Part shown: positions 13,059-26,269 of the stretch, piece after piece
Numbering within the stretch: the stretch's first letter is position 1
Layout: each line of letters opens with the position of its first letter
Source of the DNA: Chiloscyllium plagiosum
Taxonomy: Eukaryota
DNA: 63,933 bases
Direction: 5' to 3'
NCBI RefSeq assembly: GCF_004010195.1
Contig: NW_025215377.1
Coordinates: 52,026 to 115,958, forward strand
Translations under genes and position numbers: made by a program
The notes under the pieces: generated by a model
The model's input: the letters and a program-made list of their open reading frames with translations, nothing else
The model's database searches: none
Told to the model about the DNA's origin: nothing

Positions 13059-13799
13059 GACAGAGGGTGAAGGCCTGGTAACTATAAATCTCAATGAGCC
13101 AGCAACAGTGGGAAGAGAGAAGAATGAGTAGCGGTGGTGGCTGGGGTGGGGAGGGGGTAGGAGGAAGCAGTTGAAACTTCTTGGCGAAACCAGAATGAAG
13201 AATTGATTGAAATGCAGCAGAACACTTGTCTTTATTTTCCAAAAACACCATGCTTCAGGGCGATTTGAGAATGTTAAAATTGCTGGGACACAGGCTCCAG
13301 TTTGACGTGATTTACACTCATTCAGTTGACATGGCAAGGGGACTGCAGTATTGATGATGATGGGTGCTGAGGGACAACTGCAGCCTCAATGCAGTTCGCA
13401 GCTCCAGCAGCAGGAGCTATCAGGGTTCTTACTCATACTGCCCCGGAACTCCAGTTGCCGATGGCCCTCAGTCAAGCTGCAGGGAATACAATTCCATCAT
13501 TGTCTGGCCTAATGGGTGCCACGGGAGAGTTGCAGAGCAGCATCCACTGACGGATCGCTCGGCTGTTGTTTCTAATATAGCTGTCATCCAGGCCCTCTTT
13601 CTCCTCTCTCTACCACCTCCCAGCCCCAACCTTTGATTTCCACAGCGTTTTGGATACAGTTCACCTGACAGTTTTCAGGCCATACAGCTGAAGGAACGGC
13701 TGTGGATTACTCACAGACTCAAACTGTTTTCTTTTAACACTTCTACCAAACAGGATTCGCTTAACAAGCCCCTTCCTTTACAAGGTATGCATTTACATC

Positions 13800-14205
13800 G
13801 AATCACAGAGTCATCCAGTATGGAAACAGACCCTTCGGTCCAACCAATTCATGCTGAACATAATCTCAAACCAGTCCCACCTGCCTGCTCCTAACCCATA
13901 TCCCTCCAAACCTCTCCCTATTCATGAACTTATCCAAATGTTGTAATCGTGCCGACATCCCCCCACTTCCTCAGGAAGTTCATTCCACACATGAACCACC
14001 CTCTGTGTAAACAATTTGCCCCTCATGTCTTTTTTAACTCTCTCTCCTCTCACCTTAAAAATGTGCCCCCAAGTCTTGAAATCCCCCATCCGAGAGAAAA
14101 GACATCTACCATTAACTCTACACCCCTCATGATTTCATAAACCTCTATAAGCTCGCCTCTCAATCTCCTACACTCCAGTGTAAAAAGTCCCAGCCGATCC
14201 AACCC
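13800..14205 (-). mobile_element. CR1 3' fragment
   Basis: ggaaacagacccttcggtccaac tail and a 3' UTR similar to other CR1 copies in the window. Confidence 0.75.
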
Positions 14206-14489
14206 TTCTTAGATCTAAGAACTGTTTAATTACTTTGCACGTATTCTGCTGTATTTGTCTGCACTGTCCCAAGATCACCTCCGTTCCCTCACTCTCCCAC
14301 TTGTGTCTCATTCTACTGTCTTGATTGAGCCACTTATCATTCAAAAATCTATCTAGTTTAGCCTTGAATACATTCATTAGCTCAGCCTGCACTGCTCACT
14401 GGAGATCAGAATTCCAGACTAAACATACTCTAGGGAAAAAAATATTTCTCTTCTTCTCTGTCTTCAATAGGTGTACCTTGGTTTAATAA

Positions 14490-16100
14490 TAGTACTGAAG
14501 ACTCCGGAATTAGCTGAGAAATATCAGAATTAGCCAAGTTCCTGATCTAGCTGTTCCAGTGCAACTGCAACACTGGCATTTACCTGACAGTATGGAAGAT
14601 TGCTCAAGTATGTCCTGTGCACAAAAAAACAGGACAAACACCACCTAGCCAATTACTGCCCCATCAGTCTGCTCTCAATCATCAATAAGGTGGCGGAAGG
14701 GGACGTCAACAATGCTATCAAACAGTACTTGCAAATGACTCAACAATTCAGTGACATTTAGTTTGTGTTCCTCAAGGGCCCCCCTGCCCAACCCTATTAA
14801 AACGCTGGTTCAAACTTGGACAAAACAGCTGAAATCCACGGCTGAGTCCAGAGTGATTGCATTTGACATTTGGACTGCATTTGATTGACTATGGCATCAA
14901 GAAGCCCAAGCAAGACTGCAGTTAATGAAAATTTGGGGTAAAGATCTCTGCTGGTTAGAGTCATACCCGGCACATAGGAAGATAATAGTGGTTGTTGGAG
15001 ATCAATCATCTCAGCTTCAGAACATCTCTGCAAGGTAGTGTCCCAGGCCCAACAATCTTCAGCTGCTTCATCAATGACCTTTCGTCCATCATGAGATCAC
15101 AAGCAACGTTGTCTCTAAGCTGTGCATTCTGGAGGTCTGTGCATGCAGATTAATGTGTCAGCACATTCACGTCTGGTACAAACACCTCAGAAATTCATGC
15201 AGCAGCTGGAGAAATTAGGGGCAACATTGCTCTAAAGTAGGATGTTTGCTTATGATAGCACAACGTTCAGCATCATTCATGAATCCTCAGTTACTGAAGC
15301 AGTCTGAGTTGAAATGCATGAAGACCGCACAACATCCAGTCTTATGCTGGTAAGTGGCAAGTGACATCACTACACAAGTACCAGGCAATGACCATCTCCA
15401 ACAAGAGAGAATCTAACCATTGTGCCTTGACATTCAATGGGATTACTATCAATGAATCCACCATCCATGGGCATTGCCATTGGCGAGTCCCACACCTTGA
15501 GGTTATCATTGCCAAAAACTGAACTGGACTAGCCATGTAAATAGTGGCTAAAAGAACAAGTCAGAAGCTAGGAAATCAGCTCCTCACCTCCTGTCTTCTC
15601 ATTTCTGTTCACCATTTAAAAGGCACAATTTAGCAGTTTGACGGCATATTCTTCGTTTGCCTGGATGACTGCAGCTCCAACAATGATCAAAGTTCACTGC
15701 CATCCAGGAAAAGCAGCTGCTTGGTTGACTCGCTATCCACAAGCTTCAACATGAACTGCCTTCAGCAGTGTCTACAAGGCATACCACAACAACTTATCAA
15801 GGCTTTCCACACAGTACACTCAAAATCTGGAACCACCCAAAAGGACTGCAGCAGCAGATACGTGCGAACACCACCAACACCAAGTTCCTCTCCAAGCCAC
15901 TCACTTGGAAACACATTGCTGTTCCTTTATTGCCACTGGTTCAAAATCCTCAAAACTCCGTCCCTAATGTTCTATGGAATTCCCAACATCCCAAGGATTG
16001 CAACAGTTCAAACAGCTCACCATCAACTTCTCAAGGGCAAGTCGGCATTAGCGTCTGACAGTGACCCAGAGCCCATTAATGAATGGAAACAATTTTTTAA
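14490..16100 (+). mobile_element. L2-like LINE, decayed RT region to 3' end
   Basis: WKIAQVCPVHKK and ANYCPISLLSII remnants, a QG-VxGPTIFSCFINDL motif, and 3' end ttctcaagggcaa. Confidence 0.8.
15104..15229. mobile_element. Short TIR element (MITE, possibly hAT-type) inserted in the L2-like LINE
   Basis: Terminal inverted repeats caacgttgtctctaa / ttaggggcaacattg. The LINE sequence resumes on both sides. Weak 8-bp TSD atcacaag / ctctaaag. Confidence 0.55.
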
Positions 16101-16737
16101 AAAAGATTTCACAAAATCACCTGCCATTCTCCTTCATCCAAGAAAGTCCAAGACCAACTCCTCGGTCCTTCTTCATAGGGCCCTCCCACCAAGTCTAGTC
16201 TCAATCTGATAACATTTGTTGCATGTCTATGGCAAGTAAATCCTATGTGAGACAAGGAAACCAAAACTGAACACAATAATCCCGGTATGGTGTCACCAAA
16301 GGTATTTGCTATAAGACTTTATTAGTCCTGCAACCAAGTTCAAACCTGAAAGCATGGTCTTCCACAGAACAGCACATTGTAAATCTTGTTATTTAATCAT
16401 TATTCTAGCCAGGCTTGCCTGAGGGTTTTTATTGCAAAACAGGAAAATACCTTCCTTTCCTCTTTAAGCTGATTTGATATTTGATTGAATTACTCTGAAA
16501 TAGCTTGTTCTATTTTTATCAGAAAGAAGACAAAGGGACAGAATAGGAGATGGCTATTTGACCATTCTATCCATCGATCCTGGTGCCCAGGTCAAACCAC
16601 ACCTACGCTGCTTATGCATAGAATTGTTGGGTGAGCTCCTTTCAGTGCAATCCCCACTGCCCGTCACTAAATGGCTGAATTGTACAATAGATGCCTCTGT
16701 ATTCATTTAGCATCAGTGGATATAAGTGTTAAACTCT

Positions 16738-16975
16738 GCCAGGACAGGGTTAGATAGAAAAGAAAGCTTCCTGCACACTATCCCCATCAAACACTCCCAT
16801 TACAGGGGGGTTAGATACAGAGTAAAAGTCCTCACTACTGTTCTCGTCAACCCGTGTAGCATGGGTTTAATACAGAGTAAAGCTCACTCCACAATATCTC
16901 CATGAAACACTCCCAGGACTCCCAGACAGAGGGTAAGGCTAGAGACAGAGTAAAGTTACCCTTTTCATCCACATT
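16738..16975. repeat. Degenerate array of the same ~70-bp unit as 2855-3150
   Basis: Repeated ggttagatacagagtaaa and catcaaacactccc motifs. Confidence 0.75.
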
Positions 16976-17504
16976 ATATTCCATTGTTGCCACAAGATTG
17001 GAAAAGGAGTACAGTATATCTTCATAGCAGCTGGCCTCGGAGTGCTAGATTGACAAACAAGTTTCAAGAATCTATCAGGCTGATGCCTCTTGGCACCTGT
17101 GCTGAGATGAACCAAATGCACATCATAAACTCTACAGCCATCAAGGAGAAAGGCATCAATCCCTCTGCCCTGGCCAGATCTGACTCAGCTATTCCTTAAA
17201 ATCTGAGGCACATTGAATATTTTGCAATGTGGCTCCCCGCAACACAAACCCCGCACAAACAGCTCAAAACTATTCAACTATACAGCATTTAAGACAGAGT
17301 CAGATTTCCAATATATTTCTGTTAATTATTCACACTTGTTAGTCTTCTCACTTCAGATTCCAAGAAGCAATTCCAATTCACACATTATAAATCACAATAT
17401 AAAATTCACAAATATCTAACATTGTTGAATGCTGTTTGGAAAAAAAAAATCAATTTGAGAAATCTACTCAGATGCAAAAGAAATGAATGATTTGCAGTGG
17501 TTTT

Positions 17505-18255
17505 AACCATAAGAAATAGGAACAGGAGTGGGCCATTCAGCCCCTCAAACCTGCTCCCCTGTTCAATAGGATCATGGCTGATCCCACATTCCTCACATCC
17601 ACTTTCCTGCCCTTTGGTAATCCTTGGATTTCCTGACTGATCAAGAATCTCTCTCAGCCTTAAATATCCACAAGGACTCTGCCCACACAGCTCTCTGTGA
17701 CGAGGAGTTCCAAAGACTCTCAAACCTCAGGAGAAATTCCTCCCCATCTCAGTCTGAAATTGGTGCCCCTTTATTCTGAGACTATGCCCTCTGGTCCTAG
17801 ACTCTCCCATGAGGGGAAACATCCTCACAGCATTGACCCACTCAAGCCCCTTAAGAATCCTGGATGTTTCAATGAGATCCCCTCTCATTCTTCTAAACTC
17901 CAGGGAGTAGTGTCCCAACCTGTTTAACCTTTGTTCAGAAAACAATCCCTCCCCATCCCAGGGACCATCCTAGTGAACCTTCTCTCAACTACCTCCAATG
18001 AAATGATATCTTTCCTTAAATAAGGGATGGGAACAGCTCACAGTGCTCCATCAGTGACCTCCCCAGCACCTTGTACAGTTGCAGTAACACCTCCCTACTC
18101 TTATACTCCAACCCCCTTGAAATAAGGGCCAACATCCCATTAGCCTTCCTGATTCCCTGCTAACCCACTGTACTAGCTTTCTGTGTTTTGTGTACAAGTC
18201 CGCCAGGCACTTTGTGTTGCAGCTTTCTGCAGGTTTTCTTCCATTTAAATAATAT
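17505..18255 (-). mobile_element. CR1 3' portion
   Basis: ORF LNRLGHYSLEFRRMRGDLIETSRILKG; tail cataagaaataggaacaggagtgggccattcagccc. Confidence 0.85.
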
Positions 18256-19157
18256 TTGTAATAATAACATCTTTCTCTGAGCTGCATAGAAAGATACTTG
18301 CTGACGAGTTCAGGGCCATTGGGAGCACGTGTACCACACTATTTCATTTTGAAATTGTGAACAAAAGAGGGGCTTCATTTGAGGCAGGATTGCAACCAGC
18401 TGGAAATGCAGCAGCAACCAGCAATTGGCACCAGCATAGTGTTTTAATAACAACTCTATTCAGTCCTTTCAAAAGGATCAGGACACAATGCCCACCCTAG
18501 AAGGTGCAGAGGATGATTATGGGCAGTATCACATCACTGTATCCCATGGCCACCAGGCAAGTTCCAGTCACCAACATCATCCATTACTTGGAAACCAATC
18601 TGCCAGAAGTGATAATAGTTCATGACATCGACATACAGAATGACTACAGAAGACAGAATATATTTAGGAGGGAGTGTCAGTGGAGAAAATAGGGAGAAAC
18701 TGGTCTCTCTGTCAGGAGACATCATAACCAGAGGACAGACGTCTAAGATTATTGCCAGAAGGACTAGAACAGAAAAGGAGGAGAATTTCTCTTCTCATGA
18801 CACCCTGTTGTGATCTGGAATTTCCTTCCTAAATGGATGGTGGAAGTAGATTAAAAAGTAATTTTCAAAAGGAAATTAGACAAATATTAAAGGAGAAGGA
18901 CTTGCAGGGATGCAGGACCATGAGGAAAGAACAATGGGATGTGCATCAGTTTGAATTTAGCTTTTTCAAAAAGCTAAAACAGGCATCATGGTCTGAATGA
19001 CGTTTCTTGGTGCTCCAAGATTCTACCATTGCACAATTTCCTGGTTTTCATTTGGTGTAGGTTTCAGAAGCAGGAATGAGAAACTCACACTGTAAAATCA
19101 CAGCAGGACTTTATGTAACAAAAGACTTGCCAATGACGACTGTATAAATTAGGAGTC

Positions 19158-19385
19158 GAGAGTATGGCGCTGGAAAAGCACAGCAGGTCAGGCAGCATCT
19201 GAGGAGCAGCAGAATCAACAATTTGGGCATAAGCCCTTCATCAGGAATGAGCCTCATTCCTGAAGAAGAGCTGATGCTCGAAACGTCGATTTCCCTGCTC
19301 CTCAGATGCTGCCTGACCTGCTGTGCTTTTCCAGCACCACATCCTCGACTCTGATCTCCAAAATCTACAGTCCTCACGTTCTCCA
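19158..19385. mobile_element. Fold-back Penelope-like element (family A)
   Basis: About 95-bp inverted arms (gctggaaaagcacagcaggtcaggcagcatc / gatgctgcctgacctgctgtgcttttccagc). 16-bp TSD gtataaa(t/c)taggagtc at 19142-19157 / 19386-19401. Confidence 0.85.
19260..19287 (+). ncRNA. Minimal hammerhead ribozyme-like core
   Basis: CUGAAGA-A-GAGC-UGAU-GCUC-GAAAC-GUC. A degenerate mirror copy lies on the minus strand (CUGAUGA at 19244-19238). Confidence 0.65.
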
Positions 19386-19471
19386 GTATAAACTAGGAGT
19401 CTCACAACTCGCAATGCAGTGACCCCGGCCCCAAACAATAAAAGACACCCCCTCGATTTTTTTGTACATAC

Positions 19472-19586
19472 CTGCTGCAACAGTTGCGATGGCTGTCTCC
19501 TGGCCAATGATATGTTCCTTCAGTCTCTGCTCCAAAGGAAACCGTCTACGTTCCTCTGCCTCTCGCTTCCTTTGCTCTTCCTGGTA
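19472..19586 (-). CDS. CLPB: CLPB/Skd3 coding exon (115 nt, phase 0-1), linker helix and start of AAA+ domain
   Basis: [38 protein letters not shown]. Acceptor tgtctcttgcttacag, donor gtatgt. Confidence 0.97.
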
Positions 19587-19829
19587 CTGTAAGCAAGAGA
19601 CAAACATACAAAGACGCTGGTTAGGGGGTTAACACATTTGTGATGTCTTCACACATTCCTGGTATTGCTGCAGGACTGATGTTTATTCACCATCCCTCAC
19701 CTCCTTCAGTTTTGGTGCAACTGAGTACTTTTAGTGATTGTTTCAAAAGGCACAATCAGTAGAAGGGCTCAATCAGTAGATGTAGAGAAGATACTTCCAC
19801 TTGTAAGGGAAGTGAAAAATAGATGGCCA

Positions 19830-21110
19830 TTACTTTTTATTCATTCATGGAATGTCGGGGTTGTTGGCTGGGCCAGCATTTATTGCCTGTCGCTAGTGGC
19901 CCTCCAGACAGTGGTGGCTCACCACCATAATGTGTGCGTGTGATTTCCCAGTCAGGATGGTGAATGGCTTGGAAAGGAATTTGCAGGGAGTGGTGTTCCC
20001 ATGTATCTGCTGCCATTGTTCTTCTTGGTCATGGGTTTGCAAGGTCTTATCTAAGGAACCTTGATGAATTTCTGCAGGTGGTACACACTGCTGTTACTGA
20101 GTGTCAGTGATGGAGGGAGTGGATGTTTGTAGATCTGATGCCAATCAAGTGGGTTGCTGTGTGCTGGATGGTGTGAAGCTTCTTGAGTGTTGTCGGAGCT
20201 GAACTCATCCAGGGAAGAGGGGAGCATTCCATCACGCTCATGACATGTGCCTGTTAGACAGGGAACAGGCTTTGGGAAGAAGAGGTGAGTTACTTACTTC
20301 AGGATTCCTTGCCTCTAACCTCCTCTTGAAGCCCCTGTGTTTATTTATGTGGCAAGTCCAGTTCAAGTTCTGGTGAAGGTAACTCCCAGGATGTTGACAG
20401 TGGGGGAAGTCAGTGACAGTAATGCTACTGAATATCAAGGGTCAATGGTTAGATTCTCTCTTGTTGAAGTTGATCATTGCGTGGCACTTCTGTGGCTGAA
20501 AGCCCAAGCCTGGAATATGTCCAGATGTTGATGCATTTGAACATACACTGCTTCAGTATCTGAGGATTCGCAATTGGTGCTGAACATTGTGAACTCATCA
20601 GCGAACATCCCTACTTCTGAAAGGTCATTCATGAAGCAGCTGAAGATGGTTGGGCCCAGGATACTCTCCTGAGGAAATCCTGCAGAGATATCCTGGAGCT
20701 GAGATGACTGGCCTTCAACAACCACAACCATCCTCCTAAGTGCTCAGTATGACTCCAACCAGCAGAGAGTTTTCCCTCTGATTCTCACGGATTCCAGTTT
20801 TGCCACGGCTTCTTGATGCCCCACGCAACCAAATGTGTGGCCTTGATGTCAAGGGCTGTCCCTCTCCCCTCCTCTCTGGAATTCAGCTCTTTTGTCAGTG
20901 TTTGGCCCAAGGCTGTAATGAGGGCCGGAGCTGAGTGGCCCTGGGGGATCCCAAACTGGGCGTCACTGAGCAGGTTGTGGCTGAGCAGGTGCTGCTTGAT
21001 AGCACTGTTGATGACACCTTCCATCACTTCACTGACCATCAAGAGTAAAATGATTGGGTAGAATTGAATTTGTCTTGCTTTTTGTGGACAGGACATACCT
21101 GGGACTGTCT
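19830..21110 (-). mobile_element. L2-like LINE RT to 3' end
   Basis: ORFs FPQESILGPTIFSCFMNDL and MEGVINSAIKQHLLSHNLLSDAQFG; tail ttttattcattcatggaatg at the left end. Confidence 0.85.
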
Positions 21111-23174
21111 TACGAGGACAGATTTGATAAGTTGGGCTTGCAGTCATTGGATTTAAAAAATGAGATGAGGCAGATATAGCTTGCCCTTGTTGGGGATTCT
21201 AATACCAGAATCTTGGAGCAAGGAATCACTCACTGAAGACAGAATGAGGAGTTTTTTTTTTATCTCAAAGGGTACTGAATCTACAGAATTCTTTACACAG
21301 GTTCTTTATCTCAGAACAAGGATCAACTCATTGAAGGCTGAGGTGAAGAAGAATTCTTACTCAGGGATGGTGAGTCATTACAATTCAAGTCGACTTGAGA
21401 GAGCTAGACAAACAGAGTTAATGAGTCTGTTCAAGTCTGAGAGCAACAGATTTCTATTTACATTAAGGGCGAAAGGGATCATGTAGGAAAATGACATTGA
21501 AATAGGTGAGCCACAGTCTGACTAGCTCTCAGGACTGAATGGTCTATTCCTGATGCATGCCCAAGATGTTGGTTAAATTCTCCCTTGTTAGAGTTGATCA
21601 TTTCCTGGCATTTGTGTGGCTGAAAGCTTCTTGCCACTTTTCAGCCTCCAACAAATACAACTATCTTCCTTTGTCCAGGAATGGCTCCAACCAATGGAGT
21701 GTTTTCCCCAATTCAGTTTTCTAGGATTCCTTGATGCCACAACTCGATCAAACACTATGGGGTGTCATTGTAAGTCACTCTCATCTCATCTGTGGAGGTT
21801 AGCTCTTTTTGTCCATGTTTCAGTTCAGGAGCTGAGTTTTCCCGAAAGAACCCAAATCAAGCATCTGTGAGCATGTCATTTCAAAGTAAATGCTGTTTGA
21901 TAGCAATATTGAAGGCATCTTCTCCCACGTTGCTGATGAAAGTTGCTAATTGGGAACTAGATCCCCAAAGCTGAGCAAAGTCCCTGAAAATCACTTCCTG
22001 AGCTCAATAAATCTAATTTCATACCTATCACCCCATGTGGTCACCCAATCCCACAGTATCAGTGAGTGCCGGAGTGCAATAGAGAGTTAGATGCTAAATT
22101 AGACACTAAGACAGTGAACAAGAGAGAGAGTGACAGTGTGTGAGAGACAGTGAACAAAAGAGAGAGAAGAGTGATGGGTGAAAAAGAATGAGTGAGACAG
22201 CAGGGCAGAGAGTGTGGTAGAGTGAGAGTGAATGGGTGAGTGGATGTGTGAAGTGTCTGGCATGTCAGTAATACATCACAGAGTGGAATAATCTGTTGAT
22301 CTCAAGGTGATGAATAGGCACTTGGGTGAGATACCTGGTTGGTGGTCAGTATCTCAGAGTCTGATCTCGCATTAGAGTGTGGCACTTTCAAACGGACACA
22401 CAGAGTGGGAAAGCAAAAAGAATTGTACAGAAAATAATAACCCTGATTTTTATGGATTAAGGGAAGAATAAAACTGCCTTATTTATTTCATATTCTCTGA
22501 TTAAATTATTCAAAATACCTCCAGCTTTACAACTTCATTTTTTTGAAAGTTTCTGAATATGTATTAAAAGCAGCAAAGCTGTCTGTTTAATATTTGAACA
22601 TTTAATCTATTTGTTATTTAGTGTTGCACATTAAAGGATAAGAGTTTGTATCTGTGTGCACTATGGAGGTCAAATGCAAATACGTGAATGCCAAAATATC
22701 AGGCAAATTAAAACCCTGTGCTCTGATCTGTAATTTTATATACACTGGGATATCTGGGTGTTAAAGAGATGTTTGGATGATGCATCTTGCGCCAGAAGGA
22801 CCTGTATGTTTAGCCTGGCTCAGGTTCAGCATAAGCTGCTTTGTGAGTGTTCCTTTCACATGGGAGCTGTCACACAGTTATTGCCCCATTTGAAACCCTG
22901 CGAATGATGGATTCCATCAGTTTATCGAGTGTTTGTTTTGCAACTGCATCCATTTTCTTTTATATAAGAAATTTCATTTTGGGCAATTTATCATCAGTCA
23001 CTTTCTAAAACATAATGAGAAAACTGCTATAGAGAGACGAAGCTGTTGCGTGTGTGTTTGTGAATGTATGTGCATGTCTATAAAACTTTTCCTCGCTCCT
23101 GGTGTCTTCAGGTTGCAAGCTGTTGAATTTCAGTGCTTTGACTGGCATGCCTACATTGGTTGAATTTTAGATGT

Positions 23175-23550
23175 GGTGAAATGGTAATGTCACTGGTGCA
23201 GTAATCAACACATACCAACTCCAGGTACACGGGTTCAAATCCCAGAAAGGTAGCTGGTCAAATTTAATTAATAAATCTAGAACTGAAAGTTATTCTTAGA
23301 AATGGTGACCGTGAAACTATCAGCAATTTTAGTACACACCTATCTGACTTACTAACGCCCCTTGGGGAAGGACAACTGTCGTCTTTACACAGTTCAGCTT
23401 ACATGGGATATCAGGCCCACAGGAATGAGACTCATTATTACTTGCCCTCTGTAATGGCTGAGCAAACTATTTACTTCAAAGGCAATTAGGGATAGGCAAC
23501 AAACGCTGGATTTACCAGTTACACCCAAATCCTATAAAAGAATTTTAAAA
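23175..23550 (+). mobile_element. tRNA-derived SINE with L2-like 3' tail
   Basis: tggtaatgtcactgg head, B box gggttcaaatccc, tail ggcaattagggataggcaacaaacgctgg. Confidence 0.75.
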
Positions 23551-23669
23551 ACACGAATATGAAAACACATGCAAATAAATACATATATGAAGGGTCATTT
23601 GGCAGATGCAAAAATCCTTCAGGTGATTTAGGCAAGTTGAGTAATTGGGCAAATGCATGACTGCTGTAG

Positions 23670-24062
23670 TATAGAACATAGAACATAGAAGAATACAGCG
23701 CAGTACAGGCCCTTCGGCCCTCGATGTTATGTAGACCTTTGAAATTAATCTGATGCCCATCTAACCTACACTGTTCCATTATTATCCATATGTATGTCCA
23801 ATGCCCATTTAAATGCCCTTAACGTCAGCGAGTCTACAACTGTTGCAGGCAGGAGTTCCATGCCCCTACTACTCTCTGAGTGAAGAAAATACCCCTGGCA
23901 TCTGTCCTAAATCTATCATCCCTCAATTTAAAGCTATGTCTCCTCGTGTTACATAGAACATAGAAGAATACAGTGCAGTACAGGCCCTTCGGCCCTCGAT
24001 GTTGCGCCGATCCAAGCCCACCTAACCTACACTAGCCCACTATCCTCCATATGCCTATCCAG
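23670..24062 (-). mobile_element. Two adjacent CR1 3' ends
   Basis: catagaacatagaagaatacag...cagtacaggcccttcggccctcgatgtt occurs at about 23677 and 23952; same subfamily as the tail near 1620. Confidence 0.85.
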
Positions 24063-24560
24063 TGTATAACATGGATAAGTGTAGAACTATCCATCTGGCC
24101 ATGTGAACAGAATGGCAGATTATAATCTAAATAACGAAAGATTGGGAAATGTTGATGTCCAAAGGGACCGTGATTTCCTTGTACATAAGTTACTGAAAGC
24201 AAGCATTAACGGTGCAGAAAGCTGTTGGGAAGTCACACGACATGGTTCATCGCAAGAGAATTGGAGTACACGAGAAAGGAAGGCTTACTGCAGCTGTACT
24301 GAGCCTTGGAGTGACCACAGCTAGGGTACTTTGTGCAATTTTGGTCTCTATGCTTAAGAAAAGATGTACTTGTCAAAGGGAGAGTGCAGCAATGGTTCAT
24401 CAGATTGATTCCTGGGATAGCAGGTTTGTCACACGAGGAGAGATTGGGTTGATGAGGCCTCTGTTCACTAGAGTTGAGTAGAATGAGAGAGGATCTCATT
24501 GAAATGTACATTCTGACAACACTGGCCAGTCTACACACGGGGATGCTGTTTCCCTGGGCT
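24063..24560 (+). mobile_element. Decayed CR1 RT C-terminal fragment
   Basis: Remnants of LQLYxALxxPxLxYxVQFW and RGDLIE motifs. Confidence 0.7.
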
Positions 24561-24794
24561 GTCTTGGTGCCTGAATTGTAAACATCACTTTGTTTTGGAC
24601 TGTGGACTAAATAAAATGGGGAAAGATACCACTCTTAAAAAACTGTGGAAGAAGATGGTTACAATTCTTAAAAAATGAGCTGCTGGAACACATTGAGAGT
24701 TGTAACTACAATGGTACCTTATTCAAGTCGTGAGGGGCAATTTTAGATGGAATGGCACTACCTGTGTCTGTTTGGATAGTGACAAACTATCTGC

Positions 24795-24935
24795 TTTTGA
24801 TAAAACAAAGAATTGAGGATGCTGAAAATCTGAAACAAAAACAGAAATTCCTAGAGAAACTCAGAAAGTCTGTCAGCATCTTTGGGAAGAAAGCAGAGTT
24901 AATGTTTTGAGTCCACTGACCTTTCTCCAGAACAG
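24795..24935. mobile_element. PLE-type terminal fragment (family C)
   Basis: gatgctgaaaatctgaaacaaaaacagaaatt...gcagagttaatgttttgagtccactgacctttctccag; homologous to 12333-12432 and 46035-46155. Confidence 0.6.
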
Positions 24936-25644
24936 CAGGGAGAGCACAGATAGTTTTATGAATGGTTTTTCTAACAGGACTGGTTGTTGTGGGCTCAGAA
25001 CGGCACAGCATAGTAACAACAGCTTTATGGGATCCTGGCCAACCTGTGAGTCTAATCAATAAGTAAAACCATCCAGATTACAAAGGAAAGCAACTAAATT
25101 ACACTCTCTCCCTTTGGTGTGGAGAAGTGACACAAAATCACCTGGTAGCTATACTCACTCACCATATCTCTATAAGGTGTTCTTTCTGTAAATTCCCTTC
25201 TTAAACGAAAAATCAGAAAAATGACCTTGAGGCACCAAAAGGGCAAATGAAAGACTGAAACTTGGTGCACCCCCATCATGCCGTTACCAAAGACACAAGA
25301 AGTTGAGAAAAAGCCAAAAGGAAACAGTTCATTTACAAGCAGCAGCCTGCCATTGTCTGTATGGTATGATTCTCAGGGCACGATTGTGTCCCAGTCATCA
25401 CCACAGCGATCCCAGGACAGACCCAGCAGAGTGGCAGTCGGGAAGGATTTCCCTTAGATGTCCTCAGCGTTGACTCTGAACCTATAAAATCTCATAGCAC
25501 CTGGTCAAACATGCGCAAGAAAACCTCCTGCTGATTACCATATATTGTCCTCCCTCGGCTGATGAATCAGTACTTCTCCACGTTGAATGCCACTTCGAGG
25601 AAGGACTGAGGGGGACAAGGGCTCAAAATTTGGGAGAAGTGAAT

Positions 25645-25910
25645 GCCTAGTGGCATTATCACTGGACTATTAATCTAGAGATCTAGGTAATGTACTGGAG
25701 ACCTGGGTTTGAATCCTGCCACGGCAGATTGGGGAATTTGAATTCAATTGGTGTAAAAATTCATTTGGTTCACTAATGTCGTTTAGAGGATGAAATCTTT
25801 GGTCTACATGTGACTCCAGGCTCACAGCAAAGTGGTTGATTCTGGGCAATAAAGGGATGGACAATAAACACTGGCCTAGCCAGCAATGTCCTCATCCTGT
25901 AAATGAATAT
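25645..25910 (+). mobile_element. tRNA-derived SINE with L2-like tail
   Basis: gtggcattatcactggacta head, gggtttgaatcc B box, gggatggacaataaacactggcc tail. Confidence 0.75.
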
Positions 25911-25914
25911 ATTT

Positions 25915-26265
25915 GGGGCGGCACGGTGGCTCAGTGGTTAGCATTGCTGCCTCACAGCACCAGAGGCCTCAGTTTGATTCCAGCCTCGGGCGACTGTCTG
26001 TGTGGAGTTTGCATATTCTCCCCATGTCAGCGTGGGTTTCCTCCCACAATCCAAAGAAATGCAGGTTAGGTGGACAGGCTATGTGAAATTGCCCTTAGTG
26101 TCGAGGAATGTGCAGGCTAGGTGGATTAAGCCATGGGAAATGTAGGGTTACAGGGATAGGGTGGGGGGCAGTGGGTCTGAGTAGGATATGGCCTGGAGGG
26201 CCAATGTGGACTCAATGGGCCAAATGGCCTGCTTCCATACTATAGGGATTCTATGATTCTATTCT
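25915..26265 (+). mobile_element. HE1-like V-SINE
   Basis: ggcggcacggtggctcagtggttagc A box, V-domain-like tgtgtggagtttgca...gcgtgggtttcctcc, CR1-like tail. Confidence 0.85.
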
Positions 26266-26269
26266 TTGA

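Noticed and set aside
24560..25620. Possible LTR/ERV remnant with a purine tract near 25598-25616
   Set aside because: No recognisable gag, pol or env motifs and no paired LTRs.
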